Below are positions 48,894 to 58,603 of a stretch of 64,000 nt of DNA, one piece after another (position 1 is the stretch's first letter; each line of letters starts with the position of its first letter). The notes under the pieces are model-generated. The model saw nothing but the letters and a program-made list of their open reading frames with translations, made no database searches and was not told where the DNA came from. The DNA is from a virus. Made by a program: the position numbers and the translations under genes. The DNA lies in IMG/VR virus record IMGVR_UViG_3300031419_000529, positions 1-64,000 of that record. The stretch is one strand, 5' to 3'.

Positions 48894-49072
48894 GCCAGCA
48901 ATCAACCACCCAATCCGTAGAACTGATATCCAGCCTCATTGGTAAGAAGCTGGGTATCGCTGGGCATGAAGCCCGGCGTTTGGCTATCACAGGGATACTG
49001 TCAGGGGTAACGCAGGCGTACTACTCACGGGAAAGTGACAAACATGGGGCCTCTGCTTCGAGGTCTGAGTAA
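48890..49072 (+). CDS. Hypothetical protein
   Basis: RBS AAGGAG; ATGA/TAATG overlaps. Confidence 0.7.
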   Translation: MSQQSTTQSVELISSLIGKKLGIAGHEARRLAITGILSGVTQAYYSRESDKHGASASRSE

Positions 49073-50124
49073 TGGCAATTGTCAGAACCAACCGCCAGCG
49101 TGGATTCACCATGATCGACAATGCGGCTATCGGCAATAAAACGCTGAGCTGGGCGGCTGAAGGAATGCTGCATTATCTGCTGTCCAAGCCTGATGGCTGG
49201 TCAGTCAATCCGTCACACCTGTGGCAGGAGAAGAAGGGCGTTCGCGGCTGCGGCCGTGATGCCGTTTACAAGCTGCTGAACGAACTGATCCAGGTCGGTT
49301 TTATTCATCGTTTCCAACTGCGCGATGCCAAGGGTGTGACCGATGGTTTCGATTATTTCGTCTTCGACACGCCGCAACCGCATCCTGAAATTCAGGAAGT
49401 GGATGAACCCCAAGCGCCGCAAGGCTTGGCTCCGAATCCTGAAAATCAGGAAATGGACGAACCACCGTATCCTGAAAATCCGTATCCTGAAATTCAGGGC
49501 ATTAGTAAAGACGGATCTGTAGTAAATACTGATCTCTCTCTCTTAGGCGATGCTCAAAATTCAGCCGGTGATGAAACACCGCTAAACCCACACCTGAATG
49601 CCATTTTGAATAACCGCCCACCGGCGCCACAACCTGCACCGCAATTCGGCATGTTCCCGATGTCGTTCGACTGGGTACCTGGTGACGACTTTGCGCAAAT
49701 CGCGCACCTGTCCGGTTTGACCGCGGCGGAATTCACTCCTGAGCTACTGAACGAGTTCCGGATCTTCTGGAAGCCGACAGGCCGGGTGTATTACCACTCC
49801 CAGTGGCAGCAAAAATTTATCAGCTCACTAAAACACGAGCAATTGCGAGGGCAACGCTATGCGCGACCGCAACGGGCCGAAGCCGGTAACGGCGGCGGCA
49901 ATGCAACGGATCGCTTCCAGCAGGGCGTCGCCGCAATACGAGCCGTACAGGAAAAATACGGCTACGGCGGCGGAACAGAAGACGATTCAGGGGATTGTCT
50001 TGACGGTGATTTTGCCCATGTATCCGATCCACTGGCCAACGTGGGTCAGTCGAATGAATACGACGGTACTGATGGAGGCATTTGGAACGGAACTGACGCG
50101 GGTTCTGTTGCAGGACGCAATTAA
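49072..50124 (+). CDS. Replication initiator (O-analogue) with DnaT-like domain
   Basis: FTMIDN...YLLSKPDGW wHTH; internal iterons; FPMSFDW...EFRIFW. Confidence 0.85.
   Translation: MAIVRTNRQRGFTMIDNAAIGNKTLSWAAEGMLHYLLSKPDGWSVNPSHLWQEKKGVRGCGRDAVYKLLNELIQVGFIHRFQLRDAKGVTDGFDYFVFDTPQPHPEIQEVDEPQAPQGLAPNPENQEMDEPPYPENPYPEIQGISKDGSVVNTDLSLLGDAQNSAGDETPLNPHLNAILNNRPPAPQPAPQFGMFPMSFDWVPGDDFAQIAHLSGLTAAEFTPELLNEFRIFWKPTGRVYYHSQWQQKFISSLKHEQLRGQRYARPQRAEAGNGGGNATDRFQQGVAAIRAVQEKYGYGGGTEDDSGDCLDGDFAHVSDPLANVGQSNEYDGTDGGIWNGTDAGSVAGRN
49383..49499. repeat. Replication origin iterons
   Basis: TCCTGAAA(T/A)TC-type 15-mers at 49383, 49437, 49470, 49485; two are perfect TCCTGA-N3-TCAGGA palindromes. 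Confidence 0.8.
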
Positions 50125-50614
50125 CCCGGAACAGCTGAACTACGCCATCAGGGCGGCACCGGGACGCAAGTTTTATCCGTTCCCTGCGCCACCGGACTGG
50201 CTGTCCATGGCGAAAGAGCTGATCGACGCCAGACTGCCGACAGTGGATAGCGTGATGGAGGAGTTTGACCGTTACAGCGCAAGACGGGGCTATTTCGACA
50301 GCCCTGAAGAGTTCAGATGGAAAGCGCCGATCTTGTACTGGATTGTCACCGATATGCGCAAGGCTATGCAGCAGTACAACCATGGCGTTGCTGAGCTGCG
50401 AAAAGTGGCAGAGCGGCTGCTCCGTCAGTGGGAAAAGAAACTACAGGATGGGGAGCAAATCCCGGAACCAGCAATCAGGCTGGGTTACACGGAAACGCCG
50501 ATAGGTGTTGGAAAAGAACGGGGATTGACCACCCCCGAAACAGAGAAAAAAGGCGCGGCGCTTCTTCAGGCAATTCGGCTGAAGGTGGCCCTAGCAAAAA
50601 CAAGTAAGGACTGA
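49859..50614 (+). CDS. Replication protein P-like (helicase loader); start uncertain
   Basis: PFPAPPDW, LPTVDSVMEEFDRY, LYWIVTDMR; follows the initiator. Confidence 0.75.
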   Translation: MRDRNGPKPVTAAAMQRIASSRASPQYEPYRKNTATAAEQKTIQGIVLTVILPMYPIHWPTWVSRMNTTVLMEAFGTELTRVLLQDAINPEQLNYAIRAAPGRKFYPFPAPPDWLSMAKELIDARLPTVDSVMEEFDRYSARRGYFDSPEEFRWKAPILYWIVTDMRKAMQQYNHGVAELRKVAERLLRQWEKKLQDGEQIPEPAIRLGYTETPIGVGKERGLTTPETEKKGAALLQAIRLKVALAKTSKD

Positions 50615-50617
50615 CCA

Positions 50618-51760
50618 ATGACCATTTGTATCAAAAACGCACTGATTTACCGCTTGTCCCGAGGTGTGGATCTGAGCGGGATGGAAGAGCAACTGGCTGC
50701 ATTTGCGTTCACGCCATGCGGTAGCCAGGACATGGCAAAAACCGGATGGGTGGCACCAATTGGCGATGCGCTCGTGCACACCGCCAACGGCCAGCATCTG
50801 CTGGTGGTACAGCGCGAAGAGAAACTGCTCCCGCGTGAAGTTATTCAAACCGAGCTGAACGAGAAAGTCGCCAAACTTGAAGCCGAACAGCATCGGAAAC
50901 TGAAAAAATCAGAGAAAGACGCTCTCAAAGACGAAGTGCTGCATAGCCTGCTGCCGCGTGCTTTCAGCAAACACCATAAAACACAGATCTGGATTAACGA
51001 AGGGGCCGGGTTAATCGTCGTTGACGCCGCCAGTGCCAAACGCGCCGAAGATGCGCTGGCGTTACTGCGCAAAAGCTTGGGTTCCCTCCCAGTGGTGCCG
51101 TTGGCCATGGAAAGCCCGATCGAGCTGACCGTGACCGAATGGGTACGCTCTGGCCAGCCGCCAGCGGGCTTTACTCTGCAAGATGAGGCCGAGTTGAAAG
51201 CGGTTTTGGAAGAGGGCGGGATCATCCGTTGCAAGAAGCAGGATCTGGTCGGTGATGAAATCGCGTCAAACCTGCAGGCGGGTAAGTTGGTCACGAAGTT
51301 GGCGCTGAGTTGGCAGGATCGAATTGATTTCGTGCTGAGCGATGACGGCACGCTGAAGAAACTGAAATTTAGCGATGTGCTGCTGGAGCAGAACGACGAT
51401 ATTGATCGGGAGGATTACGCCCAACGCTTTGACGCGGACTTTATTCTGCTGACCGGCGAGCTGGCGGCGTTGATTGCCAACCTGGTTGCAGCGCTCGGCG
51501 GGGAAGCGAGCCATTCTGCCAATAGCAGCGGTTCAACGGCTAATGAGGATGACGATTCGCTGAATGATGAACGTTATCCTGAAGCTGTCCAGTTTGTTCT
51601 GGCCAAGGGCAGCGCTTCGATTTCAGGCCTGCAGCGTCAATTCCGCATTGGCTATAACCGCGCTGCGCGGCTGATAGAGCAGATGGAGGCTGGTGGCGTG
51701 CTGTCGGAGCCCGGTGTCGATGGCACACGGACAGTGCTGAGTACAGGGGCCGAGCAATGA
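50618..51760 (+). CDS. rdgC: RdgC with C-terminal FtsK-gamma winged helix
   Basis: [22 protein letters not shown]; [24 protein letters not shown]. Confidence 0.92.
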   Translation: MTICIKNALIYRLSRGVDLSGMEEQLAAFAFTPCGSQDMAKTGWVAPIGDALVHTANGQHLLVVQREEKLLPREVIQTELNEKVAKLEAEQHRKLKKSEKDALKDEVLHSLLPRAFSKHHKTQIWINEGAGLIVVDAASAKRAEDALALLRKSLGSLPVVPLAMESPIELTVTEWVRSGQPPAGFTLQDEAELKAVLEEGGIIRCKKQDLVGDEIASNLQAGKLVTKLALSWQDRIDFVLSDDGTLKKLKFSDVLLEQNDDIDREDYAQRFDADFILLTGELAALIANLVAALGGEASHSANSSGSTANEDDDSLNDERYPEAVQFVLAKGSASISGLQRQFRIGYNRAARLIEQMEAGGVLSEPGVDGTRTVLSTGAEQ

Positions 51761-52104
51761 TGCAGAAACCTCAAACCTCCGAAAAGGAGCGTAGTTGCAT
51801 CAACGAGGGGATCCGCAAGCTGCGTAAGGCGGGCCGGTTCGATGAAGCAAATACTCAAATGAACCGGGTTATCACGGCAGCCAGCGGTGCTGATTGGCAT
51901 TCACTGCGCGATCTGGAAAACCTGCTGGCGCAAATGTTCCCTGATGAGGGCGATACCCAGACGGCGATCAGCGCGCGTCTACGTGAAATCTCTCCGATCC
52001 TGCATGGCCTGGTGAAGCAGGTAAGCAAAGTCCGCAACGAAGAATCAGGAAAAACCACCTGGTTCTATCGTCTTGTGCCTTCTCATCAGGAGGCGCGCCT
52101 GTGA
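51757..52104 (+). CDS. Phage hypothetical protein (wHTH-like)
   Basis: [12 protein letters not shown]; coupled to neighbours. Confidence 0.75.
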   Translation: MMQKPQTSEKERSCINEGIRKLRKAGRFDEANTQMNRVITAASGADWHSLRDLENLLAQMFPDEGDTQTAISARLREISPILHGLVKQVSKVRNEESGKTTWFYRLVPSHQEARL

Positions 52105-52766
52105 TCGACTTTTCAAACACGCCTTATGTTCAGGCGCTGGCGGCGCAAAAACTGGCCCCGACACACGAGCTTAAGGAAATTGGTGACCAGTGGCGCACGC
52201 CGGATCCGTTGTTCTGGGGGATCAATGGCATGTTCGGGCCATTTGTGTTGGATCTTTTCAGTGACGGCGAAAACAGCAAGTGCGCGGCGTTCTATACAGC
52301 CGAAGATAACGCGTTGGTTCAGGACTGGTCAGCGCGTCTGAAAGATCTGAACGGCGCCGCGTTTGCCAATCCGCCATACAGCACAGCGAAGCAGCATGAG
52401 GGTGAATATATCACTGGCATGCGGCACATCATGCGCCATACGAAGGATATGCGGGAGTTCGGCGGGCGTTATGTGTTTCTCATCAAATCGGCGACAGCGG
52501 AAGTATGGTGGCCGGAGGATGCGGATCACGTTGCGTTTATTCGTGGCCGTATTGGTTTTGACGTGCCGCTTTGGTACCGGCCGGCGGATGAAAAACAAGA
52601 GGCCACCAGTGCCGGTTTCGGCGCGGCTATCGCTCTGTTCGATAAAACATGGCGCGGCCCGGTTTCAAGTTATGTCAGCCGTGACCGGCTAACTGCCCAA
52701 GGTGATGCTTTCATGGCACAAATTCGCAGGGAAGCTGAGCGATTGTCGGTGAGGAGTGTCGTGTGA
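52101..52766 (+). CDS. Phage DNA N6-adenine methyltransferase (Dam-like)
   Basis: DQWRTP, NPPYS, FIRGRIGF. Confidence 0.92.
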   Translation: MIDFSNTPYVQALAAQKLAPTHELKEIGDQWRTPDPLFWGINGMFGPFVLDLFSDGENSKCAAFYTAEDNALVQDWSARLKDLNGAAFANPPYSTAKQHEGEYITGMRHIMRHTKDMREFGGRYVFLIKSATAEVWWPEDADHVAFIRGRIGFDVPLWYRPADEKQEATSAGFGAAIALFDKTWRGPVSSYVSRDRLTAQGDAFMAQIRREAERLSVRSVV

Positions 52767-53413
52767 CGGCTACTACCCGGACTAAATCTTCGCGTAAGCA
52801 CAAGACGGAAGCATTAGGTGTATTGCTACCAGGTGGTGGTATCAAATATGCGACAGATCACGACAGGGACACGATGAAAGGGGTGCCTACGGGCACTCCT
52901 ATCGCCATGCGTCCGATCGGCGACCGCAGGAACCTGAAGCATCACCGCAAATTCTGGAAGCTGCTGGAGTTGGGTTTTTCGTATTGGGAGCCAGATTGGA
53001 CGTTCGTTAGCGATCCGGAGAAGTGGATTGCGCATGAGGTGGCGAAGACACTGGCGATACAGGCTGGCGATCCGCTGCTTTATGACAACATCACAAAGCT
53101 GATCGCCGACAGTGTGCTGCAGCGTGTTGCGGCACAACGGCAGCGCCGCTTTGACGCCGAAGCTGTGAAAACGACGGAGGCTTATCTCAATCACGTCATG
53201 GTTAAAGCCGGTTTCTATGATCTAGCCGCTAACCCGGACGGCGGAACGTTGAAGCAGCGTTGGAGCATCGCTTTCGTCAACATGAGCCAGGAGAAGTTCG
53301 ACAAGGTTTATAGCGGCGTCGCCGGCGTCATCTGGAATGAGACACTGCAGCAACACTTTGCCGATGAGTTTGAGATGGAACAGGCCGTTAATCGGCTGAT
53401 TGAGTATGCTTAG
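52763..53413 (+). CDS. DUF1367-family protein
   Basis: RNLKHHRKFWKLLELGFSYWEP; SIAFVNMSQEKF. Confidence 0.85.
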   Translation: MTATTRTKSSRKHKTEALGVLLPGGGIKYATDHDRDTMKGVPTGTPIAMRPIGDRRNLKHHRKFWKLLELGFSYWEPDWTFVSDPEKWIAHEVAKTLAIQAGDPLLYDNITKLIADSVLQRVAAQRQRRFDAEAVKTTEAYLNHVMVKAGFYDLAANPDGGTLKQRWSIAFVNMSQEKFDKVYSGVAGVIWNETLQQHFADEFEMEQAVNRLIEYA

Positions 53414-53467
53414 CTGAGTATTTTCATTATAATTTCAACCACACTAACTTAAATAGAGCTGTTAAAA

Positions 53468-54490
53468 ATGCTTGATGTTCTTTCCTCAGGAAAAATCACT
53501 ATTGATCTTCAGTTAATCGCTATCATTGTTGGAGTGGTAGTCACGCTGGCTGCATTTTATTTTCGTAAGGGACTATCAAAGGTTGAATTATTTGTTTCGA
53601 GTAATGAAGTTACCTCTGAGGTTGACGTAAAATCACTTCAAAGAAAGCTCGATGAATTGGTAACCATTGTTGAAGGGGCGAAGGACGATGGCATCGTAGG
53701 GTTATCTGAAAGTGTCCAAAAGCTTAGGGCAAGAGTGTCAGAGCTTGAATTGCCAGGTCTTGATGTTAATTATAAAGAAAGAATCGAAGGTGATATTCAG
53801 TCTATAGTTGATTCTCTCTTGGAAAATAATCTTGAAAATAATGATGAAATAAACAACAAAATAACCAATGTTATCGATGGAATGATAAGTGAGAAGGTGG
53901 CTCTCAATGTTGCCGAAAAGGATAAGATTGCACTTGAAAAAGACAAAAACTTGATCTCTTTGATGCTTAATTCTAAAGATGATTTCGATTCGTTATTACG
54001 GCGCGAGTATGATTACTCATTGAGGTATAAAGGTGTTGTTTTGAATTTATTTATAATAATAAATATTGGGTTGTTGTTTATTGCGTTATTATATACTCTT
54101 TCGATTGCTTTATCCACTTCAGTGATAAATAACGGATTCCCAAGGGAACTGGCGCTGACCATTTCAGGTCTATATATTGGATTTGCGTCCTTTGTTATAT
54201 ATGTAATAAAATTTTCAAATGCAAGAATTCTTACGATAATTGCATTGAGGGAGGATATGTCAAAAGAGAATGTTCTATCTCATTATGTAGATGCCTTTTC
54301 AAACAAACCAGAATTGAATGAAAATGATGTAGCAGTAATGAGAGTGTTAACAGTAAATCGCGCACAAAGAGAACAGAAAACAAATCACCCATATGAAGTA
54401 ATACTCCAGGGTATTAGTGGCTCAAATATCCAGTTTAAAGGCGGAAGACTGCAAGTGGGCAAAGATAACAACAAGAGTGATCGGGATTAA
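53468..54490 (+). CDS. AT-rich membrane protein (TM - coiled coil - 2 TM)
   Basis: Hydrophobicity pattern; inserted between DUF1367 and DUF1364. Confidence 0.85.
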   Translation: MLDVLSSGKITIDLQLIAIIVGVVVTLAAFYFRKGLSKVELFVSSNEVTSEVDVKSLQRKLDELVTIVEGAKDDGIVGLSESVQKLRARVSELELPGLDVNYKERIEGDIQSIVDSLLENNLENNDEINNKITNVIDGMISEKVALNVAEKDKIALEKDKNLISLMLNSKDDFDSLLRREYDYSLRYKGVVLNLFIIINIGLLFIALLYTLSIALSTSVINNGFPRELALTISGLYIGFASFVIYVIKFSNARILTIIALREDMSKENVLSHYVDAFSNKPELNENDVAVMRVLTVNRAQREQKTNHPYEVILQGISGSNIQFKGGRLQVGKDNNKSDRD

Positions 54491-54795
54491 TGCGAGCGTA
54501 CCGAAGCAAGGCTCTGCGCGATTCGGCGCGGGGCCGCTGCTGCACATTGCAGATCCCAGGAATCTGTAATGGGAACCCAGAAACAACGGTTCTATGCCAT
54601 CTTCCCAGCAGCACCCAAGGCATGGGGTATAAGAGCGATGATTTTTGGGCGGTGTTTGGATGTTCCTGTTGTCATGATGTGATTGATGCGAGAAAATCGT
54701 ATGATTGGGAAAACGGCGAAAAAGAAGAGCTGCTAATTAATGCTCTTTATTTGACATATAAATATTGGCATTCACTGTCATTATTTAATTATTAA
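54490..54795 (+). CDS. DUF1364/YbcO-family putative nuclease
   Basis: SARGRCCTLQIPGICNGNPETTVLCH, CSCCHD. Confidence 0.85.
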   Translation: MRAYRSKALRDSARGRCCTLQIPGICNGNPETTVLCHLPSSTQGMGYKSDDFWAVFGCSCCHDVIDARKSYDWENGEKEELLINALYLTYKYWHSLSLFNY

Positions 54796-54825
54796 TAGTT
54801 AATACGTGAATTATTAGGAGATGTA

Positions 54826-56097
54826 GTGACTTCGTACACAGACGATTTTGTTAAGAAAAATATTGATGAGTGTGACTCGTTTATTCAAATAAAATATAAA
54901 GAGTCTGTATTTAATATACAAGGAGATAATGAACTAAACGATAGGGAATTTATTTCCAGCCTAAGTTATGATGAGGTTTTTCAAGTGGCTCTTTATTGCG
55001 CCTGGTTGGATTTTTTCTCTAAGTTTAGAAATGACGCAGTTCTCCTTGACAAAAACACAATTTTTAACAGAAAGAAACTAGGCGATAGAGTTTTATTTTC
55101 CGCAGATCAAGTAAAGGATGATCCTGTCTTATTCTTGTCAAACTTATTAAGGGTAATAATAGAAGCTAATTTTTGGGAGGGCTCACCTGGTCTTTTTTAT
55201 AATAGACGTGATGTTTTGACGATCTTAGCAAGTAATTACGAGAGAAGGGAGTATCAATTCGAATGGATAAGAGATACTTTGCAGATTTCATTAGCACAGT
55301 TCTTACTACATTCCGATGCTTTTAAAATGGCATTGCAACTTGGTTCCAATATAACTGAGCAGTCTAATACTATAAAGAATGAGTTAAATAAAGATGTGGG
55401 AATACTAATTGGAACTCTAACTTCAGAAAGTGAAAGTATAAAGAAAGATTTCGATACAAAAAAAGAAGAGATTTCAGAGTTATTAAACGATAAAGAGAAA
55501 GAGTTACGCAATATTTTTGAAGAGATAGACTCTAATGTTAAAGGGATAGATGAGGTTAGAGAAAGATTAAGTAGTTACCATTCTGAATTTAACTTTGTAG
55601 GTCTTTATGCTGGGTTCAAAGAATTAAAGAAAGGTAAAGATGAAGAGCTAGACTCGGCAAAAGGCAGTTATCATCTCGCCATGATTATTGCAATAATGTT
55701 ACCGTTGTTAAGTATAGGGATGCATATATTATTCCCTGGGCTGGTGAATGGAAAAACTTTAGTTGAATGGGTGTCGTGGGCAGCTCCGTTCGCTGCAATA
55801 GAACTTCTTATACTATATTATGCAAGGGTAATTTATTCAGAAGTTAAGTCGTTGAGAACGCAACTTGTACAAATAAATTTAAGAGGGGCGTTATGCCAAT
55901 TCATAGAAGAATATATGAATTATAGAAAGAAAATGAAAAATGAAAAAGGTGAGCTGAATGATGCAGCGTTGGATAAATTTGATTCATTAATCTTCAGTAC
56001 AATACAAATGGATAGCGATAACATTCCTGGGGCTCTGGATGGAGTTAATGCTATTGCTGAGTTGGCGGGAAAAGTTTTAGCAAAAAGTAAGCCTTAG
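54826..56097 (+). CDS. AT-rich coiled-coil/two-TM protein (candidate defence effector)
   Basis: Globular N-terminus, heptads, 2 TMs, LCQFIEEY...KFDSLIFS tail. Confidence 0.85.
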   Translation: MTSYTDDFVKKNIDECDSFIQIKYKESVFNIQGDNELNDREFISSLSYDEVFQVALYCAWLDFFSKFRNDAVLLDKNTIFNRKKLGDRVLFSADQVKDDPVLFLSNLLRVIIEANFWEGSPGLFYNRRDVLTILASNYERREYQFEWIRDTLQISLAQFLLHSDAFKMALQLGSNITEQSNTIKNELNKDVGILIGTLTSESESIKKDFDTKKEEISELLNDKEKELRNIFEEIDSNVKGIDEVRERLSSYHSEFNFVGLYAGFKELKKGKDEELDSAKGSYHLAMIIAIMLPLLSIGMHILFPGLVNGKTLVEWVSWAAPFAAIELLILYYARVIYSEVKSLRTQLVQINLRGALCQFIEEYMNYRKKMKNEKGELNDAALDKFDSLIFSTIQMDSDNIPGALDGVNAIAELAGKVLAKSKP

Positions 56098-56165
56098 ATA
56101 TAATGAAAATTATGTAGTTTAGATTGTTATTTAATTTATGATAATTTTGATTAACAGGGGGTATA

Positions 56166-57701
56166 ATGAAAAATATAGTGGAAATGTCTTTTGAATGGCA
56201 GAACGAGAGTAATGGATTTCCAGCGGATAATCTGGATCGGGCCAAATATGCTAGATTCTTAACGGATTTCTTGGTTGCTAAAGGCAGTGAAAAAAATTAT
56301 GTTTTGAATGTAAATGCTTCATGGGGCGCTGGGAAAACATGGTTTTTGAGACGTTGGTCTGAAGAGATTAAAAAGAATTATCCTGTGGTATTTGTTGATG
56401 CATGGAAAAGTGACCATTCAAAAGATCCTTTTTTGTCTGTTGTATCTGCAATTTCTAAAGATCTAGAGCCATTAATAGATGTGAGATTTAAAGATAGCGC
56501 AATAACGAAAAAAAGCTGGCTATTATTAAAAAGTATAGCCCCCGAAATTACAAAAGGAATTGTGAAAAAATATTTGAGCTTAGATATTGATGAGGTATCA
56601 AAAGCAATTAATAATAATGATGCATCCTCCATTGCTGGTGTGGGCGCCAAAGCAGTTGAGAAATTAATTAAGTTTCATGATGAAACTAATAGTTCCATTG
56701 ATGACTTCAAAGAAGCTACATCAAAATATTTGGATTTAATTGTCAATAAATCAGATAAAGAGTTACCTCTGTTTGTTTTCATAGATGAATTAGACAGGTG
56801 CAGGCCAACTTATGCAATAGAAATGCTTGAAACAATAAAGCATATATTTGATATGGAGAACGTGGTTTTTGTTATTGCTACTGATAAAGATCAGCTGCAA
56901 CACTCAATAAAAGCTGTATATGGAAGTGGATTTAACTCAACAAAATATTTGGATCGTTTTTTTGATAGATCAGTTACTTTGAGAAAAACCTCGCTCTTTG
57001 ACTACATAAGTAACATGATTTCAAATAGTAATATTTTAACCGATTATTTTAGCAGGTCAGATTGTAGTTGGATGATACCAGTTAATAATTTGGATCAAAT
57101 TTCTGATAGGGTTGAATGGCTTTCAGCAATGTCACAATGTTTTTATATGGATTTAAGAACGACAAAACAATGGATTGAGCGATTGGAAGCATCAATATTA
57201 TCCTCGGGTGATCGTATTGATTTTATATTTCTTTCATATTTACTGGCATTAAATAGTGTTAATGGAATCACATATGCAAATGTTGCTAACACAACATCAA
57301 TTATGGGGGCTGACTTCAAAGGTAAATACATTTCTGAATTGTATCGTGACATTGTAAATCCAGATGTTAAACTGAATTTTTCTTTTGATTGCTCTGTTTT
57401 AGGTGATAAATTAAACATTAAAAACTCAAGTTCATACACCAGAAACCCATTTAAAATCGTAAATTTTTCGTTAGGTGTTCATGAGTTGTTTTTCAGTCTC
57501 CACTGTTGTGTGAATACAATCGACCCACAGAGGGTAATTGATGAGCAATGCTTTTCTTTATCTCAACGCTTAATGGAAGGTGGTCAAGATACAAGGATGA
57601 TTGATATAGGATTGATGCAAGCTGTCATAATGAGGAATAATAATGGGGTGAGTTTCCATGATTATATAGATATAGTAGAGCTAGCAATGATATTAGAATG
57701 A
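56166..57701 (+). CDS. KAP-family P-loop NTPase
   Basis: WGAGKT Walker A, DAWKSD, FIDELDRCRP, YLDRFF. Confidence 0.93.
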   Translation: MKNIVEMSFEWQNESNGFPADNLDRAKYARFLTDFLVAKGSEKNYVLNVNASWGAGKTWFLRRWSEEIKKNYPVVFVDAWKSDHSKDPFLSVVSAISKDLEPLIDVRFKDSAITKKSWLLLKSIAPEITKGIVKKYLSLDIDEVSKAINNNDASSIAGVGAKAVEKLIKFHDETNSSIDDFKEATSKYLDLIVNKSDKELPLFVFIDELDRCRPTYAIEMLETIKHIFDMENVVFVIATDKDQLQHSIKAVYGSGFNSTKYLDRFFDRSVTLRKTSLFDYISNMISNSNILTDYFSRSDCSWMIPVNNLDQISDRVEWLSAMSQCFYMDLRTTKQWIERLEASILSSGDRIDFIFLSYLLALNSVNGITYANVANTTSIMGADFKGKYISELYRDIVNPDVKLNFSFDCSVLGDKLNIKNSSSYTRNPFKIVNFSLGVHELFFSLHCCVNTIDPQRVIDEQCFSLSQRLMEGGQDTRMIDIGLMQAVIMRNNNGVSFHDYIDIVELAMILE

Positions 57702-57724
57702 GAAACATTAATAAGGACTGACCA

Positions 57725-58537
57725 ATGACCAACGTAATAGAACAACTTATAAAAATGCACGATCCGCGCTGTGTAAGCGCGGAGTCAATGAATGTAGGCC
57801 GCGGGCGAGCTTCCCTGACCAGGGAGCAAATTCTCGGAGCATTCGCAGCCGCGCAGCACCAGCACTCAGTTGGCCTCGACCTGCTGATGACTAAGTACCG
57901 CAGCGACTTCAAGGCGGAGCAGCGGCTACGTGCAGCGATCAATGAATGGGTACATCAACGCCCGCATCCCGAACGCGCGGCTGCTGCATGTCAGTTAGCC
58001 CTGAGTATTGTGCTTGAGCGTAACCTGCCGGCACAGATATCACACCTCGCGTCATTATTACGCAGGTATGGCCCACGTACTGCTCAAACCCGAAAGAACA
58101 TTGAGGCGCTGCAGTCAGAGATTAAGGCTTTAGACAAGCGCCGATGCCAGGTGCAAATCAGCGATACTGTTTACGTTGAGGCTGGATTAGAAATTACCGA
58201 TTTGAATACACGGATTGAGCGGGAACGTGCAGCATTGCGCGCCTGGTCTGAACGCCACGCAGCCACAACCAATATTTGCCCACGATGCTCAGGCACTGGC
58301 CGTACTGTTAGACCGCACCCGGTAGAGTGCGAAGAGTGTGGTGGTAAAGGTAAGATACCCGCCAATATGGAACACTTGCGTAACTCTATGCGTATCATAG
58401 GGGCCGAGGTAGCTCCCGGGAAGTGGGTTACTGAATATATCTCATTGGTTGGAGCTTGTATCAACTGGCTGTATTGTAAAGAGGAGCAAGCAGGTAAGTG
58501 CATAAAAAACAGGATTATAAGCGAATTATACGACTGA
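57725..58537 (+). CDS. Q-like late antiterminator with Zn finger
   Basis: CPRCSGTG...CEECGGKG; position before the late promoter and lysis genes. Confidence 0.75.
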   Translation: MTNVIEQLIKMHDPRCVSAESMNVGRGRASLTREQILGAFAAAQHQHSVGLDLLMTKYRSDFKAEQRLRAAINEWVHQRPHPERAAAACQLALSIVLERNLPAQISHLASLLRRYGPRTAQTRKNIEALQSEIKALDKRRCQVQISDTVYVEAGLEITDLNTRIERERAALRAWSERHAATTNICPRCSGTGRTVRPHPVECEECGGKGKIPANMEHLRNSMRIIGAEVAPGKWVTEYISLVGACINWLYCKEEQAGKCIKNRIISELYD

Positions 58538-58603
58538 GTGTTATGGTACCATTAGTGTACTGAGATTTTTTAGGATTAAGAAAATCAATCAAAAGGGGAA
58601 ATA

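Larger units (their letters stand above)
43452..57728. repeat. Dispersed RBS/start motif AGGACTGACCAATGA (6 copies, each sense to its gene)
   Basis: Exact: 45919-45933(-), 48520-48534, 50607-50621, 57714-57728; one A>G change each: 43452-43466(-), 43668-43682(-). Confidence 0.9.
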
